Below are positions 1-10,083 of a stretch of DNA of 25,381 bases, piece by piece. This DNA comes from Chloroflexota bacterium (GTDB taxonomy: Bacteria > Chloroflexota > Dehalococcoidia > Lucifugimonadales > JADFKI01), in contig JAQBUT010000035.1 in assembly GCA_027623195.1 (NCBI GenBank), positions 1-25,381 of the forward strand. Direction: 5' to 3'. Position 1 is the first letter of the stretch; each line of letters starts with the position of its first letter. A program made the translations under genes and the position numbers. The notes under the pieces are model-generated. The model saw only the letters and a list, made by a program, of their open reading frames with translations. It had not been told where the DNA came from and searched no databases.

Positions 1-142
1 GCCTCTGTTTCTCGGCAACGCTGAAGTGCTGAACTACGTCACGTCCAACATCAGCGGCCGGTACTCGCTCAGGCGTAAGGCCGTTAGGTGGGTGCGTAGG
101 GCGGGGACCAGAGACAGGGCGGGAAACAAGGCTAATGCCTGA
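1..142 (+). CDS. 3' end of an unidentified CDS entering from the left edge
   Basis: Frame starting at nt 2 is open (PLFLGNAEVLNYVTSNISGRYSLRRKAVRW...KANA) to TGA 140-142, with host-like GC-rich codons; product not recognised. Confidence 0.5.
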   Translation, partial: PLFLGNAEVLNYVTSNISGRYSLRRKAVRWVRRAGTRDRAGNKANA

Positions 143-155
143 GACGTTAAAAACC

Positions 156-1292
156 CTACCAAATAAAATGCAGGTTGAGTATCTGCTTGTCCCCGTTATC
201 ATATGCGCCTACATTGAAATTTGAGCCCTTTCCGATTTTGCCAGACAGAACTTTCGCGTTCTTGATTGTAAGAAGGGGTGTAATCCAGCCTTCTACTTGT
301 TTGTTAACCTCATCACGGATTTCCAGCGTTTCATCCTTGTCGAATGGGCCTTCGCCTATGGTATAGGCGTTGTGAAAATCGTTGTAATGGAATCCTTTGT
401 CTTTGGCGCAGCGCATTACTTCGCCCTTGATGCCTCTGATGGCGCGGTCCCTGCGCTTCTCGTAGGGCACCGGCACGTATGGTTTGCTCACCTTTTTCTC
501 TGTCTTGCCGGACTTCTTTTCCGAAAGACCGGAGGATTTGCCGTACCATTTCGCTAAATCGGCATCGCTAATTTCGTCAGCCAGGCTGGACTCGCCATCT
601 GACGAACTGTCCAGGTTGTCTTCGACTTCCCTCTTTCCGCTCTTGATGAGTCTTTTCCTCAATTCTTTGGCAGTACCTACGGCAATCTGCAGGGCCTGAT
701 CAACAACGGGCGATTCCTTGTAGGTGATAGGCCGATCATACTGCGCCAGAATGTCGGCCAGTTCCTGCACGGCCTCCTTATCTTTGGAGGAAATCTCATT
801 GATCTGGGCCGAATCCACCACTGCTTTGATCTGCGCGAAGTTGTTTCCAATGTCGGACTTTCGCTGGTTGTCTTCCTTCTCCCAGTTTTTGGGGTAGAGG
901 CTTCCATACAAACTGAATACGCCGTAAGACCAGGATTCGTCGAATGTTGGCTTCCTTTGAATGAAATCTACAGCGCCTGAGTCTACATTGGAACTCTTTG
1001 CGAAACCAATGTGCTCAACGAGTCTCTGCACGTACCGGTTGCCGAAGTCGGCTGATATCTTGCGCATAATCGTCGCTCTTTGTTGCGAGTACATCCGCTG
1101 GGACATAAGCGGGCTGCTCAAGATATTGACGTGTTCCTGAAATGAAGAGGAGTGTGTTAGTGCCGTTTGTCGGTCGGATACCTGATTGTGCTCATCCTGC
1201 CCTACGGGGCGCGAGGTATTTTGGAGGTGACCTTGCCGCTGGGCAGCCTTGACCTCACCTTCGGATTTGCCCGGTGCTTTTGATAGGCGCAA
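156..1292 (-). CDS. Hypothetical protein resembling an eCIS effector/polymorphic toxin (GNxxVQR and IQR motifs, unknown C-terminal domain)
   Basis: 378-aa ORF, TTG start after AGGGGG RBS. QRATIMRKISADFGNRYVQRLV...FIQRK resembles the LQRxxGNxAVQR/IQR signature of DUF4157-type proteins. An S/E/K-rich linker precedes a ~105-aa C-terminal domain. Confidence 0.55.
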   Translation of the reverse strand: MRLSKAPGKSEGEVKAAQRQGHLQNTSRPVGQDEHNQVSDRQTALTHSSSFQEHVNILSSPLMSQRMYSQQRATIMRKISADFGNRYVQRLVEHIGFAKSSNVDSGAVDFIQRKPTFDESWSYGVFSLYGSLYPKNWEKEDNQRKSDIGNNFAQIKAVVDSAQINEISSKDKEAVQELADILAQYDRPITYKESPVVDQALQIAVGTAKELRKRLIKSGKREVEDNLDSSSDGESSLADEISDADLAKWYGKSSGLSEKKSGKTEKKVSKPYVPVPYEKRRDRAIRGIKGEVMRCAKDKGFHYNDFHNAYTIGEGPFDKDETLEIRDEVNKQVEGWITPLLTIKNAKVLSGKIGKGSNFNVGAYDNGDKQILNLHFIW

Positions 1293-1445
1293 CTTAATAA
1301 TCCCCCTGTGGCCTTGAGATTCCTATCTTTACACGACAGCCGTACTTGACTTCGTCTAGCAGGCGTCTGTGTAATCATATTGGCGATTACGTTGTTACTT
1401 GCCAGGAACGCCCCGGACATGCCTTGATGTCTGGGAGTTGTTTAG

Positions 1446-1469
1446 GCATTTGTTGCGAACAAATGCTCC
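1446..1469. promoter_or_regulatory. Candidate LexA/SOS box (GAAC-N4-GTTC type) within a 9-bp inverted repeat upstream of uvrA
   Basis: CGAAC-AAAT-GCTCC at 1456-1469, one mismatch to GAAC-N4-GTTC; overlaps palindrome GCATTTGTT-gcg-AACAAATGC (1446-1466); uvrA is a classic SOS gene. Confidence 0.5.
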
Positions 1470-1511
1470 AGTAGCCGTGTAAAAAGAGTCTCCAACAAGT
1501 CGCCCCCACAA

Positions 1512-1520
1512 TGGTAGAAT
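1512..1520 (+). promoter_or_regulatory. Possible extended -10 promoter for uvrA
   Basis: TG-G-TAGAAT about 90 nt upstream of the ATG. Confidence 0.35.
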
Positions 1521-1609
1521 GGTAACAACTCCACTATCGAATAAACCTCGGTGAATCAGCATTTCTGATGCTTCCCTCATACTAAGCCAGCGTGGACTAA
1601 GGACAAAAA

Positions 1610-4579
1610 ATGCCGCTTGATAAGATCGTTGTGAAGGGCGCCCGCGAGCACAACCTCAAGAACGTAGACGTGACCATACCCCGCGACAAGCTGGTGGTCA
1701 TGACGGGCGTCTCTGGGTCGGGTAAGAGTTCATTGGCCTTCGACACCATATACGCTGAGGGACAGCGCCGCTTCGTTGAGTCGCTGTCGTCGTACGCGCG
1801 GCAGTTCCTAGGCCGTATGGATAAGCCCGACGTGGACTATATTGAGGGCCTTTCGCCAGCCATCTCCATCGACCAGAAGGGCGTCTCGCACAACCCGCGC
1901 TCTACTGTGGGCACTGTCACCGAGATTTACGACTACCTGCGGCTGCTATTCGCCAGGGTCGGCCACCCCCACTGCTACAAGTGCGGCAGGCCGGTTGAGA
2001 AGCAGACGGTCCAGCAGATCGTGGACGCCATCCTGGATATGGACGAAGGCGCTCGCATTCAGGTAATGGCGCCTATCGTGCGGCGGCGCAAGGGTGAGCA
2101 CAAGGAGGTCTTCGAGGAGGCCAGGCGCGGCGGTTTCGTGCGCGTCCGGGTCAACGGCGAAGTACACGACTTGTCCGAAACTTTTGACCTGGACAAGAAA
2201 AAGTGGCACGACATCGAGGTGGTGGTGGACAGGCTGGTGGTAGGCGACAGCGCCGAGCAGAGCCGTGTCGCCGACTCGGTGGAGACCGCGCTGAAGATGG
2301 CCTCGGGCGTCGTGCTGGTGGCGGTCGTGGACGGCGAGGAGTTGATCTACTCCGAGAACTTCGCGTGCGTGCACTGCAACATCAGCCTCGGCGAGATGGA
2401 GCCGAGGACATTCAGCTTCAACAATCCGCATGGGGCCTGCGCTACATGCACTGGCCTTGGCTATAAGCTGGAGGTGGACCCCGACCTGGTTATCCCCGAC
2501 AAGAGCCTGAGCATCGCCGAGGGTGCGGTGCAGCCTTGGGCTCGCTCCGGCACCATGAGTCCCTGGTACCTGAGCCAGCTTGGCTCTCTGGCCAGGGCGT
2601 TCGATTTTGATGTAGACGTTCCGGTGAGCGACCTGCCTGAAGACGCCATTGAGGTGATGTTGTACGGCACCAAGGGCAGGCGCATTCAGGTTCGGCACGA
2701 CACCAAGAAGGGCAAGACCTACCAGTGGGACGCCAAGTTCGAGGGCGTGTGCGTTAACCTGCAACGCCGGTTTATGGAGACAGAGTCCGACCATGTGCGT
2801 ACCGACATCGAGCGCTACATGTCGTCCAGGGCGTGCCAGTCCTGCGACGGGCAGCGGCTAAAGCACGAGGCGTTGGCCGTTTCGGTCTGTGGCCTCAACA
2901 TCATGGACCTAACCCACAAGTCTATTTCGGCCTCGCTGGACTGGATCGCGGCGATTGGCGGCGATGCGCCTGATATTTCGGGCAAGACCAAGAATGTCAG
3001 GGTCATGGCATCCAAGAACGGCGCAAAGTCTGGTAAAGCCAAGGTCAAAGTGGAGCATCCCCAGGTTCTTTCGGACCGGGAGAAGGCCATTGCCGACCAG
3101 ATACTCAAGGAGATCAACGCGCGGCTGAACTTCCTGCTGAACATCGGGCTGGACTACCTTACGTTGTCGCGAACGGCTTCGACGCTCAGCGGAGGAGAGG
3201 CGCAGCGAATACGGCTTGCCACTCAGATAGGCTCCGGCCTCATGGGCGTTCTGTATGTCTGCGACGAGCCTTCCATTGGCCTGCACCCGGCCGACGACTA
3301 CAGGCTCATCGGTACGCTGAAGCGGCTGGTCAACTTGGGAAACACGGTAATTATCGTGGAACACGACGAGGCTATCATGCGGGCGGCAGACTGGCTGGTG
3401 GACCTTGGCCCCGGCGCGGGGGAGCATGGCGGCCACATAGTCGCTTCGGGCACGTTAGAGGAGGTCATGGCCAATCCGGACTCGCTTACGGGCCAGTACC
3501 TGAGTGGCCGCAAGAAGATTCCTCTGCCGGATAAGCGGCGCAAGAGCAACGGCTCCAAGATTACCATCCGTGGCGCTTCGCAGAACAACCTCAAGGACAT
3601 CGACGTGGAGATACCGCTGGGGCAGCTGGTCTGCGTCACTGGCGTGTCGGGCTCCGGCAAGAGCACTCTCATCAACGAGATCTTGTATAAAAAATTAGCC
3701 CATCAATTCTATAAAGCAAAAGATCGGCCCGGCGCGGTGAAGGCCATCGAGGGCATCGAGCAGATCGACAAGATCGTGAACATCGATCAGTCGCCCATTG
3801 GCCGCACGCCCCGCAGCAACCCTGCGACCTACACCGACACCTTCACGCCCATCCGCGAGCTGTTCTCCACGGTGCCTGAGGCGCGCATGAGGGGTTACAA
3901 GCCCGGGCGCTTCTCCTTCAATGTGAAGGGCGGACGCTGCGAGGCTTGCAGCGGCGACGGCTACATCAACATCGAGATGCAGTTCCTGCCGGACGTTACG
4001 GTGCCGTGCGAGATTTGCGAGGGCAGCCGGTACAACCGCGAGGCGCTGGAGATCAAGTGGAAGGGCTGCACCATCGCCGAGGTGCTGAACATGACGGTGA
4101 CCGAGGCGTTGCCGGTGTTCGAGAACATACCGCGAGTGCGCAACCGCTTGCAGACGATGCAGGACGTTGGTCTGGGCTACATCCGACTTGGGCAGCCGGC
4201 CACGCAGCTTAGCGGCGGCGAGGCCCAGCGTGTGAAGCTGGCGAAGGAGCTTTCCAAACGCGCCACAGGTCAGACGCTTTACATTTTGGACGAGCCGACG
4301 ACGGGGCTGTCGTTCGAGGACTGCTCGCACCTGTTGCTGGTGCTACAGAGGCTGGTGGACTCGGGCAACACGGTGGTCCTGATCGAGCACCACCTGGACA
4401 TGATCAAGAACGCAGACTGGCTGATCGACCTGGGCCCCGGCGCGGGAGACAGCGGCGGCGAGGTGATAGGCGTGGGCACGCCGGAGGACATCGCCCGCAT
4501 GAAGCACTCCTACACCGGCCAGTACCTGGCGCCCATGCTAGGCGTCGCCATCGCCGAGGAGGTTGGCGCGGCGGATTAG
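1610..4579 (+). CDS. uvrA: Excinuclease ABC subunit A
   Basis: GAREHNLKN start, two Walker A (GVSGSGKS), two LSGGEAQR signatures, CxxC zinc fingers, 989 aa. Confidence 0.99.
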   Translation: MPLDKIVVKGAREHNLKNVDVTIPRDKLVVMTGVSGSGKSSLAFDTIYAEGQRRFVESLSSYARQFLGRMDKPDVDYIEGLSPAISIDQKGVSHNPRSTVGTVTEIYDYLRLLFARVGHPHCYKCGRPVEKQTVQQIVDAILDMDEGARIQVMAPIVRRRKGEHKEVFEEARRGGFVRVRVNGEVHDLSETFDLDKKKWHDIEVVVDRLVVGDSAEQSRVADSVETALKMASGVVLVAVVDGEELIYSENFACVHCNISLGEMEPRTFSFNNPHGACATCTGLGYKLEVDPDLVIPDKSLSIAEGAVQPWARSGTMSPWYLSQLGSLARAFDFDVDVPVSDLPEDAIEVMLYGTKGRRIQVRHDTKKGKTYQWDAKFEGVCVNLQRRFMETESDHVRTDIERYMSSRACQSCDGQRLKHEALAVSVCGLNIMDLTHKSISASLDWIAAIGGDAPDISGKTKNVRVMASKNGAKSGKAKVKVEHPQVLSDREKAIADQILKEINARLNFLLNIGLDYLTLSRTASTLSGGEAQRIRLATQIGSGLMGVLYVCDEPSIGLHPADDYRLIGTLKRLVNLGNTVIIVEHDEAIMRAADWLVDLGPGAGEHGGHIVASGTLEEVMANPDSLTGQYLSGRKKIPLPDKRRKSNGSKITIRGASQNNLKDIDVEIPLGQLVCVTGVSGSGKSTLINEILYKKLAHQFYKAKDRPGAVKAIEGIEQIDKIVNIDQSPIGRTPRSNPATYTDTFTPIRELFSTVPEARMRGYKPGRFSFNVKGGRCEACSGDGYINIEMQFLPDVTVPCEICEGSRYNREALEIKWKGCTIAEVLNMTVTEALPVFENIPRVRNRLQTMQDVGLGYIRLGQPATQLSGGEAQRVKLAKELSKRATGQTLYILDEPTTGLSFEDCSHLLLVLQRLVDSGNTVVLIEHHLDMIKNADWLIDLGPGAGDSGGEVIGVGTPEDIARMKHSYTGQYLAPMLGVAIAEEVGAAD

Positions 4580-4668
4580 GTTTTTCAGAAGGAGAGTCTG
4601 ATGAGCGAGAACCCGATGAAAAGAACGGTCCTGCTTATCTTCGAAGACTGCAATCCTTAATCGTAAAC

Positions 4669-5922
4669 ATGGTGACGACACATAAAAGAAACCACTACGT
4701 ACCTGAATGGTATCAACGCCGATTCCTGCCTATTGGTGTGAATTCTGCGGAATTTTACCGCCTCGACTTGAAACCCGATTCCGTGGTGGATGCCAAGGGC
4801 AAAACGCACAAGTTGGGAAATTTAAAGAAAGGGGGCCCCCAAAAGTTATTCGTTGAAGAAGATCTGTACACCACAACAATCGCGGGTTTGGAATCGAATG
4901 AAATAGAGCGGACATTTTTCGGCCGAGTTGACAGATTGGGCCAACAAGCGGTGGATTATTTTGCCACGTTTGACTCTCTCGGTGAAGGGATGTTCAAAGC
5001 CTACCAAGATCTGATCCCTTTTCTTTGCATGCAAAAGTTTCGGACCCCTAAAGGGCTTAAGTATCTTTCGCAACTAGTGGAAGCCGATGACAAGAATATA
5101 ATCCTTAGTGAACTTCAACGCCTTACACGAATATATGGTGCGGTGTGGACGGAAAGTATTTGGTGCATCGCGGACGCCACAAGCTCAGATACAAAGTTCA
5201 TTGTGTCCGATCATCCTGTGACTGTTTACAACGAAGACTGCAAGCCCGAGTCCGAGTTTTGCAGGGGTGCTAATGATCCCGAGGTGCGACTAGTTGGTTC
5301 GCACACACTGTTTCCGCTCAGTCTTGACAAATTGCTTGTGCTCACCAATCTTTCTTGGGTACGAAATCCATATCAGAGTCCTCTCAACATTAGGCCAAAC
5401 CCAGAGCTAAATAGGCCTACTGTGATGAGTTTCATGGATATCCAGGTGGGCAGGAAATTGACAGATACGGAAGTGAACGAAGTCAACTACATCATCAAAC
5501 GACGAGCGTACAGATATGTCGCGGCCGCGGATAGGGAATGGCTATTTCCAGAAAGCAAGATACCAAGAAGAAACTGGCGTAAACTCGGAGGAGGCTACCT
5601 TCTTTTCCCTGATCCCCGGTCGGTGTCATTCAGTAATGGGATCATGATGGGTTACCAAGATGGTTCAGTGGTGACCTTTGACGAGTACGGGCGCAGCCCA
5701 ATGCAAGAAGGTTATGGCGACAAAAATGGCAGAGACGGGGAATGGAAGACCTTTCAAGCATTTCAGGGTGAATTTGCCAGGATTTTTGGCCCCAAAAGAA
5801 AGGGTATCTCGCTGCATCCAGATTTTGGGACGGCTTTTAGCGAAGACAGCGAGGAGATGCACCAGCTTAACCTGGAAGCAGAGAAAAAGTTCAGACCGAA
5901 ATTTGCCCGGAGACGTTGGTAG
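4669..5922 (+). CDS. DUF4238 family protein
   Basis: N-terminal HKRNHYVPEWYQRRF (HYVP motif) and FIVSDHPV motif; visibly more AT-rich codons than its neighbours. Confidence 0.8.
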   Translation: MVTTHKRNHYVPEWYQRRFLPIGVNSAEFYRLDLKPDSVVDAKGKTHKLGNLKKGGPQKLFVEEDLYTTTIAGLESNEIERTFFGRVDRLGQQAVDYFATFDSLGEGMFKAYQDLIPFLCMQKFRTPKGLKYLSQLVEADDKNIILSELQRLTRIYGAVWTESIWCIADATSSDTKFIVSDHPVTVYNEDCKPESEFCRGANDPEVRLVGSHTLFPLSLDKLLVLTNLSWVRNPYQSPLNIRPNPELNRPTVMSFMDIQVGRKLTDTEVNEVNYIIKRRAYRYVAAADREWLFPESKIPRRNWRKLGGGYLLFPDPRSVSFSNGIMMGYQDGSVVTFDEYGRSPMQEGYGDKNGRDGEWKTFQAFQGEFARIFGPKRKGISLHPDFGTAFSEDSEEMHQLNLEAEKKFRPKFARRRW

Positions 5923-5995
5923 ATTCTTGATCACAATTTAGGATTGTGATCTGTCCGAGCGCGGCGTAGATATTGATTTGTGTAGAGGCCTAAAC

Positions 5996-6778
5996 ATGCG
6001 TACGAATACACTGAAGCAAAAGCTGGCTGCGGGCCAGGCGGCGTTTGGGGCGATGATTACTTTTCCGGAGCCGGCGGCGGTGGAGATGCTGGGGCACATG
6101 GGTTTCGACTGGGTGCTTATCGATAACGAGCACGGGTCGGTGACCATCGACACGGCGGAGAACATGGTCCGCGCGGCCGAGCTTACCGGCGTTGCGCCTA
6201 TCGTCAGGCCGGTGGCCAACCGTCCGGAGATCATCGCGCCGTTCCTGGACCGTGGCGCGTGGGGCGTTCAGGTGCCGCACGTCAACACGGCGGACGAGGC
6301 CAGGGCGGCTGTCAGCGCGTGCAAGTACTACCCCGAGGGCGAGCGCGGCATGTTCAGTCGCGGCAGGCCTGCGGACTACGGCATCGTCGGCTCCACCACC
6401 GACTACGTGGCGGAGGCCAACGCGCAGACGCTGGTGTGCCTGATGCTGGAAGAGGTCGAGGCCATCGAGAACATTCCGGAGATCGTGAAGGTGCCGGGCA
6501 TCGACGTGCTGTTCATCGGCTCGGGCGACCTTTCGCAGTCCATGGGCTACCCCGGCCAGCAGACCCATCCTGAGGTGCAGGAGGTCATGGAGCGCGGCGT
6601 GAAGCTAATCCGAGACGCGGGCATCGTGGCGGGCTGTAGCTGTCCTGATAACCTGGTGCCCAAGTTCCTTGGGCTGGGCGTGCAGTACTTCCACGGCAAC
6701 GTAGGCAATTTTATTCACACGGCGGGCTCGTCTTACCTCAAGGGCATGCGAGAGGCGGCGTCGTCGCTGTCTATGTAA
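5996..6778 (+). CDS. HpcH/HpaI aldolase/citrate lyase family protein
   Basis: GFDWVLIDNEHG, LDRGAWGVQVPHV, YYPEGERG, GIDVLFIGSGDLS motifs; ATG 5996 after GAGG. Confidence 0.93.
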   Translation: MRTNTLKQKLAAGQAAFGAMITFPEPAAVEMLGHMGFDWVLIDNEHGSVTIDTAENMVRAAELTGVAPIVRPVANRPEIIAPFLDRGAWGVQVPHVNTADEARAAVSACKYYPEGERGMFSRGRPADYGIVGSTTDYVAEANAQTLVCLMLEEVEAIENIPEIVKVPGIDVLFIGSGDLSQSMGYPGQQTHPEVQEVMERGVKLIRDAGIVAGCSCPDNLVPKFLGLGVQYFHGNVGNFIHTAGSSYLKGMREAASSLSM

Positions 6779-6790
6779 CGGCTATTGGGA

Positions 6791-7923
6791 TTATGCTCCC
6801 GAGGTGGGTGGCATTGGCGGCACGATCTGCACCTGCCCTGCGTTGGACGGCATAACCAGCTTGCGCACCGGGTAGTTGATCTCCACGCCTTGGTCCGTCA
6901 GGCATCTGTGGATGGTCTTGACAAGCTCGTTGGTGAGAGCGAACGACCCCAGGCGGTCCGTGGCCTGGACGAAAACCCAGAAGGTGATGTTGCTGTCGCC
7001 GAACTCCTCGAATCCGAACCAGGGCTCCACGTCGTGGATGGCGTGCGGCGATTCTGCGACTAGTTTCTCCGACGCGGTCGTCACGACGTCTTGTACGTGG
7101 TCAAGGTCCGAGTCGTAGCTGACGCCGCAGAAGACCATTACATTCATGGCGGGTGTAGGGCTGTAGTAGTTGGTGACGATGCTCTCGGCCATGCGGGAGT
7201 TGGGGATGATGACGAGGTTGTTGAACATGGTGCGGATCTTCGTGCTGCGCCAGCCAACCTCTGTGACGTATCCAGCAGGGCCTCCCTCCAGTTGGATGTA
7301 GTCGCCCATGTTCAACTCGCCCTCGGTGACGACGTACGTGCCAGCGAAGAAGTTGGACAGCGTGGGCTGCACCGCCAGCGCCACCGCGATGCCGCCGATG
7401 CCCAGGCCAGCCCAAATCGGACTGATTGGGATGCTCAGTGCAGTCATTACGGATAGCGTACCTATGGAATAAACTGCCAGCGGCAGCAAGCGGCAGCAAG
7501 CGGCGAATCGGCGGGAGCAGGCGGTCGTCTAGCTGCGACTGTGTGCGTTGCGCCATGTTTTGAATGTACCAGGTAACCAGAATGTCGAGAGTGTGGTGAG
7601 CCAGGTACGAAAGCTCGGCGATGATGATTACCAGCCATGCCCTGCGAATCCAGTCAGCCCACGTGGTGAAAACGGCGTAACGAGGGTCTGAGAGTTGCGT
7701 GATGACCAGTGCGCAGGCGAAGAGGCCGGTGATCGCGATGAACAGGACTATGGGTCCTCGGAAGGTCTGTAGCAATTTGACGCCCAAGGCGTTCGGGGAA
7801 CGGTTGGCCCAGCGTCGGATGACGAGGCGCATTACTATGTTGGCCATGCCGGAGATAACAAGGAATAAGGCTGGCGGCCGACACCGGCCCCCAAAGTTCG
7901 GAGTCCGTTATGAGTGTGGGCAA
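6791..7923 (-). pseudogene. MscS small-conductance mechanosensitive channel, disrupted by two frameshifts
   Basis: C-terminal part (GIGGIAVALAVQPTLSNFFAG...GWRSTKIRT...IPNS) joins the N-terminal TM part if one copy of the 10-bp duplication at 7481-7500 is removed. Removing one extra base near 7870 joins the upstream TTG start at 7923 (MPTLITDSELWGPVSAAALFLVISGM). Repaired length 373 aa. Confidence 0.8.
7480..7504. repeat. 10-bp tandem duplication (GCGGCAGCAA)x2.5
   Basis: gcggcagcaa gcggcagcaa gcggc read directly. Confidence 0.95.
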
Positions 7924-7989
7924 TATCCTGTTGGCTCCTCTGATGGGCGGGTGCTGAGGATTTTAGCATGCGGTGGCTGCGAATAGCGC

Positions 7990-9174
7990 CTAGTTGCCGG
8001 CCTCGGTCTGGTCGGTACGGGCCTGTTGTCCGGCATTTTCTATGAGCTGGGAGATTTTCGTCTCCACATTGTTGCCCCAGTAGAGTGTTCTGTGAGGGTA
8101 GGGAATCTCGATGCCCGCCTCGTCAAAGGCCTTCTTCACACGCTTCCGGTACTCTCCCATCACCTCCCATTGCCTGATGGGCAGGGTCTCGCCCAGTACC
8201 TTGATGGCGATGCCGGAATCGTCGAAGGAGTTTACGCGCAGGACCTTGATCTGATCGGTTATCAACTCCCCGAAGAACTCATCGGCAGACATGGCCGCCC
8301 CGACTTCGTTGAGCACGTCAAACACTCGATCTAGATCTTCCTTGTAAGCCACACTGATATCCAGGTTGACGCGAGACTTCTCCTTGGTGAAGTTGCTGGC
8401 AGTGCTTATTTCGCCGTTGGGTATGTAGTGCTGAATGAAGTCCAGGTCTCGCAGCACGGTGCGGCGCAGGTTGACGTCCTCCACCAGCCCCGCCGTGCCG
8501 GCAACGCGGACGACGTCTCCCACGCGGTACTGGTCTTCCAACAGAACGAACAGGCCTGCGATGATGTCTTTTACCAGGCCCTGCGATCCGAAGCCGATGG
8601 CTATTCCTGCGATGCCCACGCCCGCCAGCACCGGTCCTACGGGGACTCCGAAGACGGACATCAATGTGAATAGCATGACCAGCAAGATGGCCACACTGAT
8701 GGTCCCCCTTGCCACACCCTCCAGGGTTTGGGCCCTCTTTTCAACCTCGGACTGGCCCAATGAGTCCTGTCTGCTCTTCATCAACAGGCGTACCGCTTTA
8801 GGGGAAAAGCGGCTGCTTACCTTCAACGCGAGGAGCGCCAAAACCAGTATGGCAATAGTCTTAAGTGCTCTGGGCCCTAGCCATGACCCCGTGGTCGCTG
8901 CGGCTGATCGCGCCAATGCCTGGGTCCTGTCCGTGTTCACGCCTAACTGGGTCAGGACGGTGAAAACTGTAGCCAGCAATAGCATGGAGACTATCAGGAT
9001 GGACAGGAGCCTTGCGGTTGGCCGGACATAATCCATAATGTCCAGAAAAACCAGGGAGTCTATAGCCTGGAAAACTGCATGAATCACTTTGGGAAGTAGA
9101 AACCAGAGGACCCCGGAGACCAGTAAGAATCCTGCAAGAGTTCCGATTATTACGATTAGTTGTGGACTGGACAT
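7990..9174 (-). CDS. MscS family mechanosensitive channel (YbiO-like)
   Basis: GIAGIAIGFGSQGLVKDIIAGLFVLLEDQYRVGDVV, LRRTVLRD, IPNGEI motifs; ATG 9174 preferred over TTG 9219. Confidence 0.92.
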   Translation of the reverse strand: MSSPQLIVIIGTLAGFLLVSGVLWFLLPKVIHAVFQAIDSLVFLDIMDYVRPTARLLSILIVSMLLLATVFTVLTQLGVNTDRTQALARSAAATTGSWLGPRALKTIAILVLALLALKVSSRFSPKAVRLLMKSRQDSLGQSEVEKRAQTLEGVARGTISVAILLVMLFTLMSVFGVPVGPVLAGVGIAGIAIGFGSQGLVKDIIAGLFVLLEDQYRVGDVVRVAGTAGLVEDVNLRRTVLRDLDFIQHYIPNGEISTASNFTKEKSRVNLDISVAYKEDLDRVFDVLNEVGAAMSADEFFGELITDQIKVLRVNSFDDSGIAIKVLGETLPIRQWEVMGEYRKRVKKAFDEAGIEIPYPHRTLYWGNNVETKISQLIENAGQQARTDQTEAGN

Positions 9175-9273
9175 CTGCAACGAAACCCCACACCGAAAGT
9201 ACTCTGACCGCGAAATCAACTAGACGAAACGGAAACTATGCGATTTTAGCAGATGTGTAAGGCCCTAGTTTGC

Positions 9274-9864
9274 TTACCTTGCCTCGATCAGGTCGCGTAT
9301 CGACTCCAGAGTGGCGGGGCCGATGCCGCCTACCGCTAGCAGGTCGTCCACGGTTAGGTAAGGGCCGTGGGCGTTGCGGTAGCTGAGTATAGCCTGTGCT
9401 CGGACGTCGCCTATTCCCGGCAGCGTCTTGAGCAACTCAACATCTGCCGAATTCAAATCGATTTTTTTGGATTTATTTGCAGACCCGGCATTGGCTGTTG
9501 ATTTAGCTGTCGTCGAATTGGCGGCAGCAGCGGAGGAAGATTCGCCAAGGGCTGGGATGTGCCAATGGTCCTCGTCGCTCAGGCGGATGGCCAGGTTGAC
9601 GGCAGCAAGGTCCGCCTCAGAGGTCGGGCCTCCTGCGGCCTGGAGAACCTGCTCCAAGCGGTCGTCTTTCAGCAGGCTGTACACTCCTGGAAACTGCACG
9701 GCGCCGGTGATGTACACCCCAATTTGCTGGCTCTGCTGAGGTGTTGGCGGGGGAAGGGTTATCTCTATGCCGCCGGAGGATGAGGGGCGTAAGAGAAACG
9801 CCATGACTCCCGATGCCACGGCGATTATGGCGGCTGTGAGCAGTATTTGTGGAAGAAACTTCAT
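9274..9864 (-). CDS. comEA: Competence DNA-binding protein ComEA (TM + SLBB + helix-hairpin-helix)
   Basis: VYITGAVQFPGVY, AAGG, VNLA, IDLNSAD, LPGIG, VGGIGPAT motifs. Confidence 0.92.
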   Translation of the reverse strand: MKFLPQILLTAAIIAVASGVMAFLLRPSSSGGIEITLPPPTPQQSQQIGVYITGAVQFPGVYSLLKDDRLEQVLQAAGGPTSEADLAAVNLAIRLSDEDHWHIPALGESSSAAAANSTTAKSTANAGSANKSKKIDLNSADVELLKTLPGIGDVRAQAILSYRNAHGPYLTVDDLLAVGGIGPATLESIRDLIEAR

Positions 9865-9893
9865 GTAAGTGTCATCAGTCTCGAATAAGTGAG

Positions 9894-9923
9894 AATATGG
9901 CACGTTAAATAGTCGCCTGTCAA
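9894..9923 (-). promoter_or_regulatory. Possible sigma70 promoter for comEA
   Basis: Minus-strand TTGACA (9923-9918), 18-nt spacer, TG-C-CATATT. Confidence 0.35.
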
Positions 9924-9946
9924 CGGGGACGCCAAGCTCGCGTTTC

Positions 9947-9976
9947 TTGACCCGCCTTGGACGGCGTACCTATAAT
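9947..9976 (+). promoter_or_regulatory. Sigma70 promoter of the pheS-pheT-moeA operon
   Basis: TTGACC-N18-TATAAT. Confidence 0.7.
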
Positions 9977-10083
9977 GGCTCGGGACAGGCATTTGGCAAT
10001 TCTCGCCTTCTTGATGGGTAGAAACCACGCTACGACGGGAACCGCGAGCCGAATGTTTTTTTGTGATGTCTTGTGAGGTAAGG

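Noticed and set aside
4598..4622. CTGATGA...GAAA hammerhead-like cores here and near 23366
   Set aside because: No pairing stem II/III around the core
9978..10050. tRNA-Phe-like element from GGCTCG/CGAGCC pairing
   Set aside because: No T or D loops; the 5' arm lies at the -10/TSS and is probably not transcribed
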